From Octopus sinensis (Eukaryota), in contig NC_043009.1 of the NCBI RefSeq assembly GCF_006345805.1, positions 7,936,001-8,000,000 of the forward strand: DNA of 64,000 nt, given 5' to 3'. Positions 52,136-64,000 of this stretch are shown piece after piece. The notes below the pieces were generated by a model. The model saw nothing but the letters and a program-made list of their open reading frames with translations, was not told the origin of the DNA and made no database searches. Every line of letters begins with the position of its first letter. Positions within the stretch are counted from its first letter, which is position 1. The translations under genes and the position numbers were made by a program.

Positions 52136-53070
52136 GAAAATATTTAGGTGTTGTTGTTGGTGCAGTGTCATCATAGCTGCATTGTTGGTGTAGTGTAGTT
52201 ACAGGCAGGCATAGATACCTTCTGCAGCCTTCCAACTTTAACTTGTAGAACAACCAGGAAGTGACATCTGTACAGGAGAAAGACTGTACTAGTGTTTGGT
52301 TGGTACTCATTTCAGTTGAGTTTGTTGGAGCAACACCAGATGCCTTGCTCAAGGACACAACTTGCTACCCAGCACAGGAATTGAACTCACGATTTCATGA
52401 CCATGTGCTCCCAACACCCTAACCACTTGGTCATGTACATTCTCACACACACACACACACACACACAAGTAATCATTTTTGTTAACAATAGGCCTTACTG
52501 AGGCAATATATAAAAATATTTTAACGACTGTTTACCTTAATACCTACTGCTTACTCTGAGTGTATATATGTGTTTGTATCTGTGTGTGTGTGTGTGTATT
52601 CTTCTACATGTTTCATCATTTGACTATGACCATGCTGGAGCACTGCTTTGAGTTTTGGTCAAAGGAATTAATCCCAGGACTTATGCTTTGTAAGCCTAGT
52701 ACCTATTCTGTTGGTCTCTTTTCCTGAACTGCTGAGTTACAGGGACGTAAAGACACCAACATCAGTCAGGCAATGGGGAGGGGGACAAAGACACACACAC
52801 ACGCACGCACGCATGCGCGCACACACACACACAACACACACATAATGGGCTTCTTTCAATTTCTGTCTACCAAATCCACTCATAAGGCTTTGGTTGGCCC
52901 AAGACTATAGTAGAAGACACTTGTGCAAGGTGCCACCGCAGTGGGACTGAACCCAGAATCATGTGATTGGGAAGCAAGCTTCTTACCACACAGCCATGCC
53001 TGTGTGAGGAGCTTTCACTCAACTTCTGTCTATCGGATTCTGTTCACAAGGTGTTAGTGAAGCTGAGACT

Positions 53071-53381
53071 TAAACCCGCCAGTTACGAGACGAGGGTCCC
53101 AGTGATACGACAGCGAACAGCTTGCCTCGTAATTAACGTGCAAACATGGCTGAGCATTCCACAGGCACGTGTAACCTTAACGTAGTTCTCGGAGATAATC
53201 AGCGTGCACAGAGAGTGACAAGGCTGGACCCTTTGAAATACAAGTACAACTCATTTTGCCACTGAGTGGACTGGAGCAACGTGAAATAAAGTGTCTTGCT
53301 CAAGGACACAAGCCTTTGCCGGGAATCGCTCACAACCTTCGATCTGAGCCGAATGCCCTACACTAAGCCACGCGCCCTCAC
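53071..53381 (-). mobile_element. tRNA-head SINE with a 13-bp TSD, nested in a CORE SINE remnant
   Basis: TSD TGAAGCTGAGACT at 53058-70 and 53382-94. CpG-rich, so relatively young. Confidence 0.85.
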
Positions 53382-54519
53382 TGAAGCTGAGACTATATTA
53401 TGAGACGCTTGTCTATAACCACATGGTTGTGAAACAAATGTCTCAACCACATAGCCATGCCATACTTATATGCAATATATCAACTAAAATTTTTTTTTAA
53501 TCCTTGAAGTCAGTCCCCCAGCATGGCTAGTCAACGGACAGAAGCTCATAGAAGAATAAACTAAAAGGATATGTCATATTTTATATCAAAAATCTTTCTC
53601 CTTATATATACATAATATATGCAATATGTGCACACATACACTAAGTGCATTGATATTATTTTGATTTGCTTATACCCAGTCTCATCTGTATTTCTTCTTT
53701 CACTAGTGGTTGAAGGAAACCACCCAACAGCTTGCATGATTCTAAATTTTACCTGTAGACATATTCTTAATATTTATTCTTGTCTCCTATTTACAAAAGA
53801 GAGCAGAAAAACGAAGAGGGTTGGGATGGGATGGAGCACGTGAAAGCAGCTTCGTTGCTGATGTTTCTTTGTTCCATCTCCAGTGAAGCAACAATAGTTA
53901 TATAGATTTATATTGAGTATTCTTAAGAGAAAACAGATATCTATCTATCTATCTATCTATCTCCCCCCTCTTGCTCTCCTAATCCTACATCTTGCTTTCT
54001 CCATCCTCCCTTTTATTCTCCCCCACCTTTGCTATCACCATCTCTCTCTCTCTCTCTCTCTCACACACTCTCCCTCTCTCTCACACACTCTCCCTCTCTC
54101 ACACACACTCTCCCTCTCTCACACACACTCTCTCTCACTCTCTCTCTCCATATTTGGAATATTTCATTCCTAATGGTTGTAGTGTTTGTGGGGTTGTTTA
54201 ACCCTAGTCAGCTCTGAGCAAGCAGATTTTTCTCTGATCAAAGGCATTTTAGCAGTATCCATTATTTCTTTTGTTATTTTTGTAGACATACTGTATCCAG
54301 GATTACATATATTTTTTTAAAGTGACAGCTCAGTGTCATTTGTGAGGAGATTTGGCTACTATTTCCAACATGCCAAGCAACCATCAGTGGGTATTATTGT
54401 TTAGCTCTGATTGGATAGACTTTTGAGAAAAGCCATTTTAGTAGTGATCATTATCTCATCTTTATTTCATTTTATGCATACTGTATTCCAGAATACACTA
54501 TCTAAAATTTCCTAATTTG

Positions 54520-56205
54520 AAGAGAGATTTGACTGCTATTTCTTGCAGGTTGAGAGACCACATAGAGGCTCACGTGGCTCAATATCTCCTTGACACCAAT
54601 GAAACAACAAAAGATATGGGTTTTTTTTCCTTTTTAGCTGTGAGAGAGCATTTTGTTGCTATTTCTAGCAAGTTGAGTGACCATATAGAGGCTCTCTCCA
54701 TTATTAGCTCAAAATTTCTGTTTATCACCAAAGAAATAACTTAATGAATTTATCCTTCTCAACTGTGAGAGTTGAAGAATTTGGATGCTATTTCTCTAGC
54801 AAGATGAGAAATCATATAGAGTCTCTCTCTCATTGGCTAAGTATTTCTTTGTTTGCCATCAAAGAAGTGACAATAGATATAGATTTATCTTTGCTAACTG
54901 TTAGAAAAAGGTTTGGTTGCTATTTCTAGCAAGTAGAGAGACAATATACAGGGTGCAGTGAATATGTCGTCTAAATTACACAAAAATGAAAATAACATTG
55001 ACATCTCATTTTAACAGATATATTTACCAAAATTACATAAAAATGTCTTGAAATACTAAAGAGTAAATTTATTCAATAAAATCACCATTGGCTTCAACCA
55101 TGGCCTCTCAACGACTTTGGAATCTCCTGCAACTCTTCTGGGCAGTCTCCTTGTTTAAGTTGGTGAACGCTGCCATAATCCTTGCCTTCTGTTCATCTTT
55201 GGTGTTACAAGGGAGTTTGGTTGGTCTCTTGCTCAACTGTTCCCCACACAATAATAAAGGGGGTTGCAATCTGGAGTGTTGTTATGTGGCCAGATGTTAG
55301 GGGTGATGTGGTTTCAGGAATTCTCTGACAGCCATGACTGGGTTAATCTGATTGTATGGCATGGTGTAGAGTTCTGTTGCCAGACATAGGGCCTTCCGGC
55401 AACTACCCTCTTGACCCAGGGCAGCATTAACTCTTTCAGGTAGAGGCCATGTAGGAAAATGAATGGAAGCATAACATCACCATTACTAGTGATCACTCCA
55501 AACACCATGATGTTGACTGGATGGTTGATTTGTATCACTCTTGGTACATGTTTTGGGGACTCAGCAACCCAATGGTTGTTTTGTGTGTTCACCATCCCTG
55601 CCAGAAATTTTTCTTATCTGAAAAATACTTCATTATCAACAATGAAACAACAATAGATATGGGTTTATCCTTCCTAACACTGAGCGAGAAGAATCTGGCT
55701 GCTATTTCTAGTGAGTAGAGAGACCGTATACAGGCTGTCTCCATTATTTTTTCAATATTTCTACATCATCGATGAAAAAATGATGTGGATTTATCCTTCT
55801 TAAAAGTGAAAGAGAAGAATTTGATTACTATTTCTAGCAGGTTGGGAGACTACATAGAATCTCAATTGGTTCAATATTTCTTTACTTGTCCCCAATGAAG
55901 AAATTATATGGGTTTATCCTTCCTAACAGTGGAGAAGAATTTGGCTGCTATTTCTAGCAGGCTGAGAGATCACATAGAAGCTCTCTCTGTCATTGTCTCA
56001 ATATTTCTTTGTTCTTAATGAAGAAACAATAGACATGAATTCATCCTTCCTAACAGTGGAAGAGAAGAATTCAGCTGCTATTTCTAGCAGGTTGGGATAC
56101 CACATAGAGGCTCTCTCTCTCTGTCATTGGTTTAATATTTCTTTGTTTGTCACCAACGAAGCAACAATAGATATGGATTTATCCTTCCTAACAGTGGGAG
56201 AGAAC
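54520..56205. repeat. Degenerate ~125-bp tandem repeat (~9 units) interrupted by a transposon
   Basis: Recurrent GAGAAGAATTTGGCTGCTATTTCTAGCAGGTTGAGAGACCACATAGAGG...GATTTATCCTTCCTAACAGTG, four to five units on each side of the insertion. Confidence 0.85.
54949..55606 (-). mobile_element. Second, truncated copy of the maT-like transposon
   Basis: Terminus TA|CAGGGTGCAGTGAATATGTCGTCTAAATT. Minus-strand HPVNIMVFGVITSNGDVMLPFIF...WQQNSTPCHT...PDCNPL. Confidence 0.82.
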
Positions 56206-56567
56206 AAACTTTGTCAAACGCCATAACCATGGAACATTCCTTTCATAGTGGTTGGGTGGTGGTGGTGGTGGTGCTGCGCCTCTGGGATAATTTACATTCC
56301 ACAGCCTTGGAATCATCTGACAGAATTGGAAATTCCATATATGTGATGTGTGTGTGAAGTGGAGATGGAATCTATTCCAAAATTTGTCTCCAAGAATGTC
56401 AAGCATCTGGTCTCACTCCCTCGTTCCTTCCATACCACCGTTTGTCTGTTGACTGTTGTCTGCAGACTGTTCTCCGCTCCCACCTCTGGCGTTGTCTTGT
56501 TAGTCATCTATGGTCTGCAGGGATTACTCCCTCACACAAACACCCATACTCATGCCTCTGCCTCTGT

Positions 56568-56607
<40 letters not shown>

Positions 56608-56998
56608 GGGGAAACACTTAAAGAGAAGTTGTAACTAACTAGTAGTAGTGGTGTTGGTTAGGGTTGTGGTGGTGATGTTATTTAGTGGAAAACCAGGATT
56701 TTTTAAGAAAATAGAAACAAATGTTGAATGAAAAATATTATGTATGTAGCCATTTGTGTGTGTGTGTATATATAGAAATGTGTATATATGGTTATGAATA
56801 GAAATGTGTATATATGGCTATAAACGAGTGTCTTGTACATGTAGAAATAAGATGGATTGAATAAAGGGTTAGTGAATTCCATTTTTCACTGGGCACATGG
56901 CTTATTTGAATTTATTCCACTTGGTGAAAGTTTGAAGTTGCTGCCAGTAGAATTGTGAAATATATATAATACAGGCACATCCATTCAAAACACACACA

Positions 56999-57033
<35 letters not shown>

Positions 57034-57192
57034 CCTTTCAGTTTGCCAGCCTCTGTCAAACCATTCAACCCATGCTTGTATGGAGAATGGATGATTGTAT
57101 ATTCTCTCTCGCATCATCATCATCCTTCAACATCCATTTTCCATGTTGGTATGGGTTGGACCAAGTGTATGTGTGTGCATATATATATATAT

Positions 57193-60100
57193 ATCATCAT
57201 CATCATCATCATCATCATTTAGCGTCCGTTTTCCATGCTAGCATGGGTTGGACGGTTCAACTGGGGTCTGGGGAGCCCGAAGGCTGCACCAGGCCAGTCA
57301 GATCTGGCAGTGTTTCTACAGCTGGATGCCCTTCCTAACGCCAACCACTCCGAGAGTGTAGTGGGTGATTTTATGTGCCACCGACACAGGTGCCAGACGA
57401 GGCTGGCGAACGGCCACGCTCGGATGGTGTTTTTATGTGCCACCGACACAGGTGCCAGACGAGGCTGGCAGACGGCCACGCTCGGATGGTGTTTTTATGT
57501 GCCACCGACACAGGTGCCAGATGAGGCTGGCAGGTGCCAGACGAGGCTGGCAGACGGCCACGCTCGGATGGTGTTTTTATGTGCCACCGACACAGGTGCC
57601 AGATGAGGCTGGCGGACGGCCACGATCGGATGGTGTTTGTTACGTCCCCAAAGCACGGAGGCCAGTCTATGCGGTACTGGCTACGGCCACGTTCGGATGA
57701 TTTTCTTGTGTGCCACCGGCACTGGTACCACAAAGATACAAATTCCATTTATGCTCATCTATTTTGATTTGTTTTGATTTGATTTGATTTTCACTTGCCT
57801 CAACAGGTCTTCACAAGTGTCACTTGCCTCAACAGGTCTTCACAAGTGTCACAAGAAGGAAGGTATGCACAGGTGGACTGTCTACGTCGCCGGGTCTTCG
57901 GATGGTGTCTTTATGTGCCACCGACACAGGTGCCAGATGTGGCTGGCGAACGGCCACGATCGGATGGTTTTCTTGTGTGCCACCGGTACTGGAACCACAA
58001 AGATACAAATTCCATTGATGTTCATCTATTTTGATTTGGTTTGATTTTCACTTGCCTCAACAGTCTTCACAAGTGTCACGCGTGTCCTTGTGTGCCACCG
58101 GTACTGGAACCACAAAGATACAAATTCCATTGATGTTCATCTATTTTGATTTGGTTTGATTTTCACTTGCCTCAACAGGTCTTCACAAGTGTCACGCGTG
58201 TCACACACTTGCCTCAACAGGTCTCCACAAGTGTCACACACTTGCCTCTGCCTCAACAGGTCTTCACAAAGTGTCACACACTTGCCTCTGCCTCAACAGG
58301 TCTTCACAAGTGTCATAAGAGGGAAGGTATGCACAGGTGGACTGACTACGTCGCCGGGTCTTTGGATGGTGTTTTTATGTGCCACCGACACAGGTGCCAG
58401 GTGAGGCTGGCGAACGGCCACGATCAGATGGTGTTTGTTGTGCCCACAGCACGGAGGCCAGTCGATGCGGTACCAGCTACGGCCACTTCGGATGGTTTTC
58501 TTGTGTGCCACCGTACTGGAACCACAAAGATACAAATTCCATTGATATTCATCTATTTTGATTTGGTTTGATTTTTGATTTTCACTTGCCTCAACAGGTC
58601 TTCACAAGTGTCACACACTTGCCTCAACAGGTCTTCACAAGTGTCATAAGAGGGAAGGTATGCACAGGTGGACTGACTACGTCGCCGGGTCTTCGGATGG
58701 TGTCTTTATGTGCCACCGGCACAGGTGCCAGATGAGGCTGGCGAACGGCCACGATCGGATGGTGTTTGGGTCTTCGGATGGTGTCTTTATGTGCCACCGG
58801 CACAGGTGCCAGATGAGGCTGGCGAACGGCCACGATCGGATGGTGTTTGTTGTGCCCACAGCACGGAGGCCAGTCGATGCGGTACTGGTTACGGCCACGT
58901 TTGGGTGGTTTTCTTGTGTGCCACCGGCACTGGTACCACAAAGAATACAATTCCACTGATGTTCATCTATTTTGATTTGTTTTGATTTGATTTGATTTTC
59001 ACTTGCCTCAACAGGTCTTCATAAGTGTCACAAGAAGGAAGGTATGCACAGGACTGACTACGTCCCAGGTCGGGGCCACGGGTTATGGCCTGACTAGTCT
59101 TGCCGGGTCTTCTCATGCACAGCATACTTACTTCCATAGGTCTCGGTCTCTAGACATTTCCTTAGTGAGACCTAAAGTTCGAAGGTCGTGCTTCACCACC
59201 TCGTCCCAGGTTTTCCTGGGTCTACCTCTTCCACAGGTTCCCTCCACTGCTAGGGTGTAGCACTTTTGCACACAACTATCTTCAGCCTTTCTTGTCACAT
59301 GACCATACCAGCGCAGCCGTCTCTCTTGCACGCCACAACTGACGCTTCTTAGGTTCAGCTTTTCTCTCAAGGAACTTACACTCTGACGATTATGAACACT
59401 GACATTACACATCCATCGGAGCATACTGGCTTCATTTCTTGCGAGCTTACGCATATCCTCAGCAGTCACGGCCCATGTTTCACTACCATGTAGCATGGCT
59501 GTACGTACACATGCATCATACAGTCTGCCTTTTACTCTGAGCGAGAGGCCTTTTGTCACCAGCAGGGGTAAGAGCTCTCTAAACTTTGCCCAGGCTATTC
59601 TTACTCTAGCAGTTACACTTTCAGCACACCCACCCCCGCTACTGACTTGGTCTCCTAGGTAGCGGAAGCTATCAACTATTTCTAGTTTGTCTCCCTGGAA
59701 CGTGGCAGAAGTTGGTCTCTGCATATTTCCAGTGTTTATTGCTCCTGAGCATTTGCCACAGACAAAAACTATTTTCCTAGTTAGCCTTCCTTTGACATTG
59801 CTGCACCTCTTATGTGTCCATAGCTTACACTTGGTGCATCTTATAGAGTTTCTACCTACACCTTTTTTACAGATCGAGCAGGGCCATCTACCTGAAGGCG
59901 TTTGTGATTGATCTACCTTCCTACTTATTAGAACTTTGGTTTTGGCTAGGTTGATTCTAAGGCCCTTCGATTCTAATCCTTGTTTCCACACCTGGAACTT
60001 CTCCTCCAGTTCTGATAGTGACTCAGCAATTAGAGCAAGGTCATCAGCATAGAGGAGCTCCCAGGGGCAACCTGTCTTGAATTCCTCCGTTATTGCCTGG

Positions 60101-60866
60101 AGGACTATGATAAATAGGAGGGGACTGAGGACTGAACCTTGGTGGACCCCAACCTCTACCCGGAATTCTTCACTGTACTCGTTGCCCACCCTCACCTTAC
60201 TAGCAGCGTCTCTGTACATGGCTTGCACAGCTCTCACCAACCATTCTTCTATCCCTAGTTTCCTCATTGACCACCAGATAAGGGACCGGGGGACCCTGTC
60301 AAAGGCTTTCTCCAAGTCAACAAAAGCCAGGTACAAGGGCTTATCTTTGGCTAGGTATTTCTCCTGCAGCTGTCTTACCAGGAATATAGCATCAGTAGTA
60401 CTTTTCCCTGGCACGAACCCAAACTGCATATCATCTAAGGTAACTCTCTCTCTAATTAGTTCGGCTACAACCCTCTCCGTAACCTTCATTACCTGATCCA
60501 GCAGCTTGATGCCCCTGTAGTTATTTGTCTCTAGGGCGTCGCCTTTACCTTTGTAGCAGTTGACTATTATGCTGCTACACCAGTCATTGGGTATGACCCC
60601 CTCGTGTATCACCTGGTTAACTATACGGGTGACTAAGCTATAGCCGACACCACCAGATATTTTGAGCATCTCTGCAGTAATTCCTGATGGGCCTGGGGCT
60701 TTCCCTGTTTTCATGCTTCTAATTGCCTTATCTACTAAGGAACTGTTAACTCGGATTGCTGGTCCCTCTGTTGGGTCGACATTCGGCAGACACTCTTTAT
60801 CCCATTCATTTTCTTCATTCAGCAACCTATCATAGTGGCGTCTCCAAGTCTCTCTCTTTGCACCCT
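57193..60866 (-). mobile_element. 5'-truncated RTE-clade LINE with a ~1.9-kb repetitive 3' UTR
   Basis: RT ORF, modular UTR repeats and a (GAT)n tail at ~57193-57218. Both ends abut short TA tracts. Confidence 0.93.
59128..60825 (-). CDS. RTE reverse transcriptase (565 aa, N-truncated) with an inserted C4HC3 finger
   Basis: NYRGIKLL, QFGFVPGKST, FVDLEKAFD, GVHQGSVLSP, YADD, FRYLG and the RTE tail RRLRWYGHV...RGRPRKTW. Confidence 0.96.
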   Translation of the reverse strand: MLNEENEWDKECLPNVDPTEGPAIRVNSSLVDKAIRSMKTGKAPGPSGITAEMLKISGGVGYSLVTRIVNQVIHEGVIPNDWCSSIIVNCYKGKGDALETNNYRGIKLLDQVMKVTERVVAELIRERVTLDDMQFGFVPGKSTTDAIFLVRQLQEKYLAKDKPLYLAFVDLEKAFDRVPRSLIWWSMRKLGIEEWLVRAVQAMYRDAASKVRVGNEYSEEFRVEVGVHQGSVLSPLLFIIVLQAITEEFKTGCPWELLYADDLALIAESLSELEEKFQVWKQGLESKGLRINLAKTKVLISRKVDQSQTPSGRWPCSICKKGVGRNSIRCTKCKLWTHKRCSNVKGRLTRKIVFVCGKCSGAINTGNMQRPTSATFQGDKLEIVDSFRYLGDQVSSGGGCAESVTARVRIAWAKFRELLPLLVTKGLSLRVKGRLYDACVRTAMLHGSETWAVTAEDMRKLARNEASMLRWMCNVSVHNRQSVSSLREKLNLRSVSCGVQERRLRWYGHVTRKAEDSCVQKCYTLAVEGTCGRGRPRKTWDEVVKHDLRTLGLTKEMSRDRDLWK

Positions 60867-60989
60867 ATATATACACACACACACAAGTACACATATATAA
60901 CTTGAGGTTGTCATCTGAATAGTTAGTTAAGAAATGCAGGAATGTGTCGTACCCTGTGACTAGTCTAACAGCATCATAGTAAACTGCTT

Positions 60990-61460
60990 ACAAGGACAAA
61001 GGTAATTTTTTTTTTTCTTAAGCGAGAGGAAATCATACAGGTATCAAATTATTGGACCAGGCTATAAGTACCTTTTGGATTCATGCCCAAAAGAGGTACC
61101 ACGAATGCAATAATCCTAAGAACAACTTCAGAAGAAATATTTAGCTATGCGTAAACCACATTGCTTGGCATTTATTGACATGGAGAAGGCCTTTGACAAG
61201 GTTCCATGCTCTGTAATCTGGTGGTCATTAAGAAAACTAGGTGTAGAGGTAGTTTGTAAGGTTTTTGTACAAAGGTGCATTAAATAAAGTCTATCAACAA
61301 TGACTTCAGCAATGAAATAGTATGATGTTAGGATAGACCAAGGCTCAGTCTTCGTCTGTTTTCATAGTCCTGTAGGCCATCATAGAGGTGTTTAAGACAA
61401 GCAGTCCTCAAGAGTTCCTATATGCTGATGATTTAGTTTTTATAACTGAATTTGTAGTGG
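60990..61460 (+). pseudogene. Decayed RTE RT fragment, opposite orientation to the neighbouring RTE
   Basis: GFMPKRGTTNAI...AFIDMEKAFDKVP.SVIWWSLRKLG...EFLYADDL, with frameshifts. Confidence 0.8.
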
Positions 61461-61749
61461 AATTAGAAACATCATTGTTATTTATCATCCATTTTCCGTG
61501 CTGGCATGGGTTGGACTGTTTGACAGGAGCTGGCCCAGTTGGAGACCTCCTTCTTCTAGGAGAGGGAGCGGAGGGGATGACCATAAAGGACATGTCTGTA
61601 TGTATGGATGACTGTAATTTTACTTAGCTTGATGTGCAGAAAACCACCCCAAGTTCTAGTTCCTTGTCATCTTAGTGAGGCCCAGTGTCTGAAGATCCTT
61701 TCTCACCACTTCATCCCATGTCTGCCTTGGTCTATAACTTCCACATATT

Positions 61750-61963
61750 TCCTTACTACCTACAAAGGGCTTAACACAGAGAGGACAAACGGATTAAGTT
61801 GATTATATCGATCCCAGTGCGTAACTGGTACTTAATTTATCGACTCCGAAAGGATGAGAGGCAAAGTTGACCTCGGCAGAATTTGAACTCAAAACGTAAC
61901 GGCAGACGAAATACGGCTACGCATTTCGCCCGGCGTGCTAATGTTTCTGCCAGGTTGCTGCCT
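61750..61963 (-). mobile_element. Meta/Deu-like SINE nested in a decayed RTE fragment
   Basis: ~21-bp imperfect TSD GGTCTATAACTTCCACATATT (61729) / GGTCTATCACTTCCACAGATT (61971). Confidence 0.8.
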
Positions 61964-62832
61964 TTTCCTGGGTCTATCACTTCCACAGATTCCCTCCACA
62001 ATCAGAGATCAGCACATCTTTAAGCAGCTGTCCACATCCATACGCATCACATGACCATACCGGTGCAGTCTTGGGAGCAAAAACTAGAATCGAGAGTCTT
62101 CCATGTAAACATAGTAATGACCAAACTGTTTAATGTGTAAGAAAGAAAAGGAAGTACCCTGTTATCACCAGGGAAATGGCCTTGCTCAGTATGCAGGAAA
62201 GGAGTAGATGTAACCTACATGTGTTGTACCCTCTGAAAGCTACAGCTACATGAGATATAGTGGAATCAGAGGCAGACTAACAAAGAAAGTAAGCTTTGTG
62301 TGAGGCTGATGCACTGGAACCATATGCATAAGAACACACCAGAAATAGACACTCTGGAATGCATTGCTGGTTTCGTAACCGTCAATACCTAGGTGACATA
62401 ATTAAGTGGAAAGATGATTGTTAAGAAAGCATAGAAGCCAGGATAAGAACAGATTAGAGAAAGTTTAGGAAGCTATTATTTCTGCTGGCAATGAAGGTCT
62501 TCATACATTCTACCTCTCCCTCAGAGGGAAGGATTGAGCATATGATGTGTTAGAACTTTGGATTGCAATGCTGCATGATAGTGGGATGAGGGCTGTGAAT
62601 GCAGAAGACTTGGAACAAAGTGATAGAGGCTGATGCCATGCAGAAAAGATGACAAAGGACTGTGTTGATGATATGCAGTTCATATCATCATCAATACACA
62701 CCATGTACCCACAGCAGTATGTACCCTGACACAAGCACAGTGTTTAGACAGGGCAATATTTTCTCCCCTATCAAGCCTACATTTGATGCCACCACAACTT
62801 AAATCCTTGATTGCTCCATCTCCCTATTCATA

Positions 62833-63005
62833 CACTAGCATAGCTAGAGAGTGGGGTGGATCTAGTGTAGCGAGAAGGCAGCACTTTTAGTGGGGTGGCA
62901 CCACTTTTGGGTCTGCTGTAGGCAATATGTATTTTTTACGTGGAGGCCCAGGAGCAGCAAACTGAAGGGCTGCCCCATATGGCACACACTCTAGCTATGC
63001 TAGTG
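62833..63005. mobile_element. hAT-type MITE, 173 bp
   Basis: Perfect 17-bp TIR CACTAGCATAGCTAGAG / CTCTAGCTATGCTAGTG and an 8-bp TSD TATTCATA / TATTCACA. Confidence 0.8.
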
Positions 63006-64000
63006 TATTCACACTTTTCTTCCTCTCTCTTGTCTTCTTATCAGTCGTAGCCATCCATTTGTCAGCTCTATACCACCTGTATTGACTACACCATCCTCAT
63101 CACTCTGTTTCTCACACTCAATAGGCCTATATATATAAATATATAGGAGGCTGCAATAGGATTCTGTCATCACCCCCTCTTGAATATATTCTAACCCCAA
63201 CCTACTGTGCTGTCATCTACCTCTCCTCTTTCTCTCCATTCTGAAGCACCTCTTTTGCCAACCTTCACCTACACTTTTATCTCTTCACTTACCTCTCTAC
63301 TTTTGTTCACCTTTGCCATTGCCAATCACACCCCTACTGACACTACCCTCTAAAATCCCTGCCTTTTTCCTATCATACTCTTACTTCTTCCACTTCTCCA
63401 CCCATTCTGGTCCTCTTGATGTCACTGCTCTCTCACCTATTCCCTTCCTTGGATACCTGAGCAAAGGTATACAACCTAGGTTATTGAGTACTCTTTATGC
63501 CTACACTAATTTAATCCTACCTACTTTTTCAAATATCCATTTCTATCCATCTTTTCCTCTCATTTTCCCCCTTGGTCTACACACTTTAGGTTACAGAATA
63601 TTCTCTACATTTGCTGTATGCAGAGTATCCCACTTACCTTTCACACTATAAAGTGGTTGGCTTGTGAGCAGAGAAACCATACAGCTGTTAGGTCCCTCAT
63701 GAGCAAAAAGCACCCGGGACATTCTCTAAAGTGGTTGGTAATAGGAGAGTCATCTGACTCTAGAAACCAAGCTATGGGACCAGTGGCTTCCAGTCGGAAG
63801 TGACTTGGATTATTGGAAAGTCGACGCAAAAGGATTATGATGAAGCTGTAGTTGACTCTGTATCTCCTGAGCTTTCATTCTACCCATGTGTGTGTGTGTA
63901 TTTTTTTCCTGGCTCTCTTCTTTATCTCCTTTCTGCTCTTCCTTGTTTCTCCTGGACTTTCCTCTAGTATTCGAAGAAGGAGTATGTCCAGAATGTAATC

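Noticed and set aside
56188-56560. GC-richer unique block with short minus-strand ORFs, a possible first exon
   Set aside because: An in-frame stop and a frameshift are needed, and there is no clear splice pair.
57365-59060. CRISPR-like appearance of recurring ~30-bp and ~60-bp units
   Set aside because: No unique spacers, irregular spacing, no cas genes, eukaryotic context; the units lie in an RTE 3' UTR.
63965-64000. TCGAAGAAGGAGTATGTCCAGAATG, a degenerate hammerhead/Penelope-like motif
   Set aside because: The core is mutated and the sequence is cut by the window edge.

Overview
AT-rich eukaryotic, repeat-dominated DNA with no operon-like gene content. The SINE families, compound (TA/TG) microsatellites and RTE tails look like a cephalopod (octopus-type) genome; this is inference and was not verified. 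Main content, in order: a near-perfect 11-copy 396-bp tandem array (13.8-18.2 kb) in which every unit carries a minimal type I hammerhead ribozyme motif, a retrozyme-like architecture, with a period-3 higher-order pattern; an abutting 7-copy 306-bp array; an apparently full-length APE-RT LINE (23.6-28.1 kb, minus strand) sitting in (TA)n tracts, whose reconstructed N-terminus has a Myb/SANT-like domain missed by the ORF track plus two CCCH fingers; a second, unrelated hammerhead family in a ~320-bp dimer split by an RTE tail (43.9-45.0 kb); and a 5'-truncated RTE LINE with a PHD-type finger inside its RT and a tandemly expanded 3' UTR (57.2-60.9 kb). Also present are decayed mariner (DD34D) and maT-like (DD37D) transposons, Helitron/Helentron remnants, a hAT-type MITE, many SINEs, and one plausible host exon on the minus strand. 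Frequent single-base losses in homopolymers suggest uncorrected long-read errors, so frameshifts should not automatically be read as decay. All ribozyme and domain calls are by-eye motif matches and need covariance-model, HMM and biochemical confirmation.
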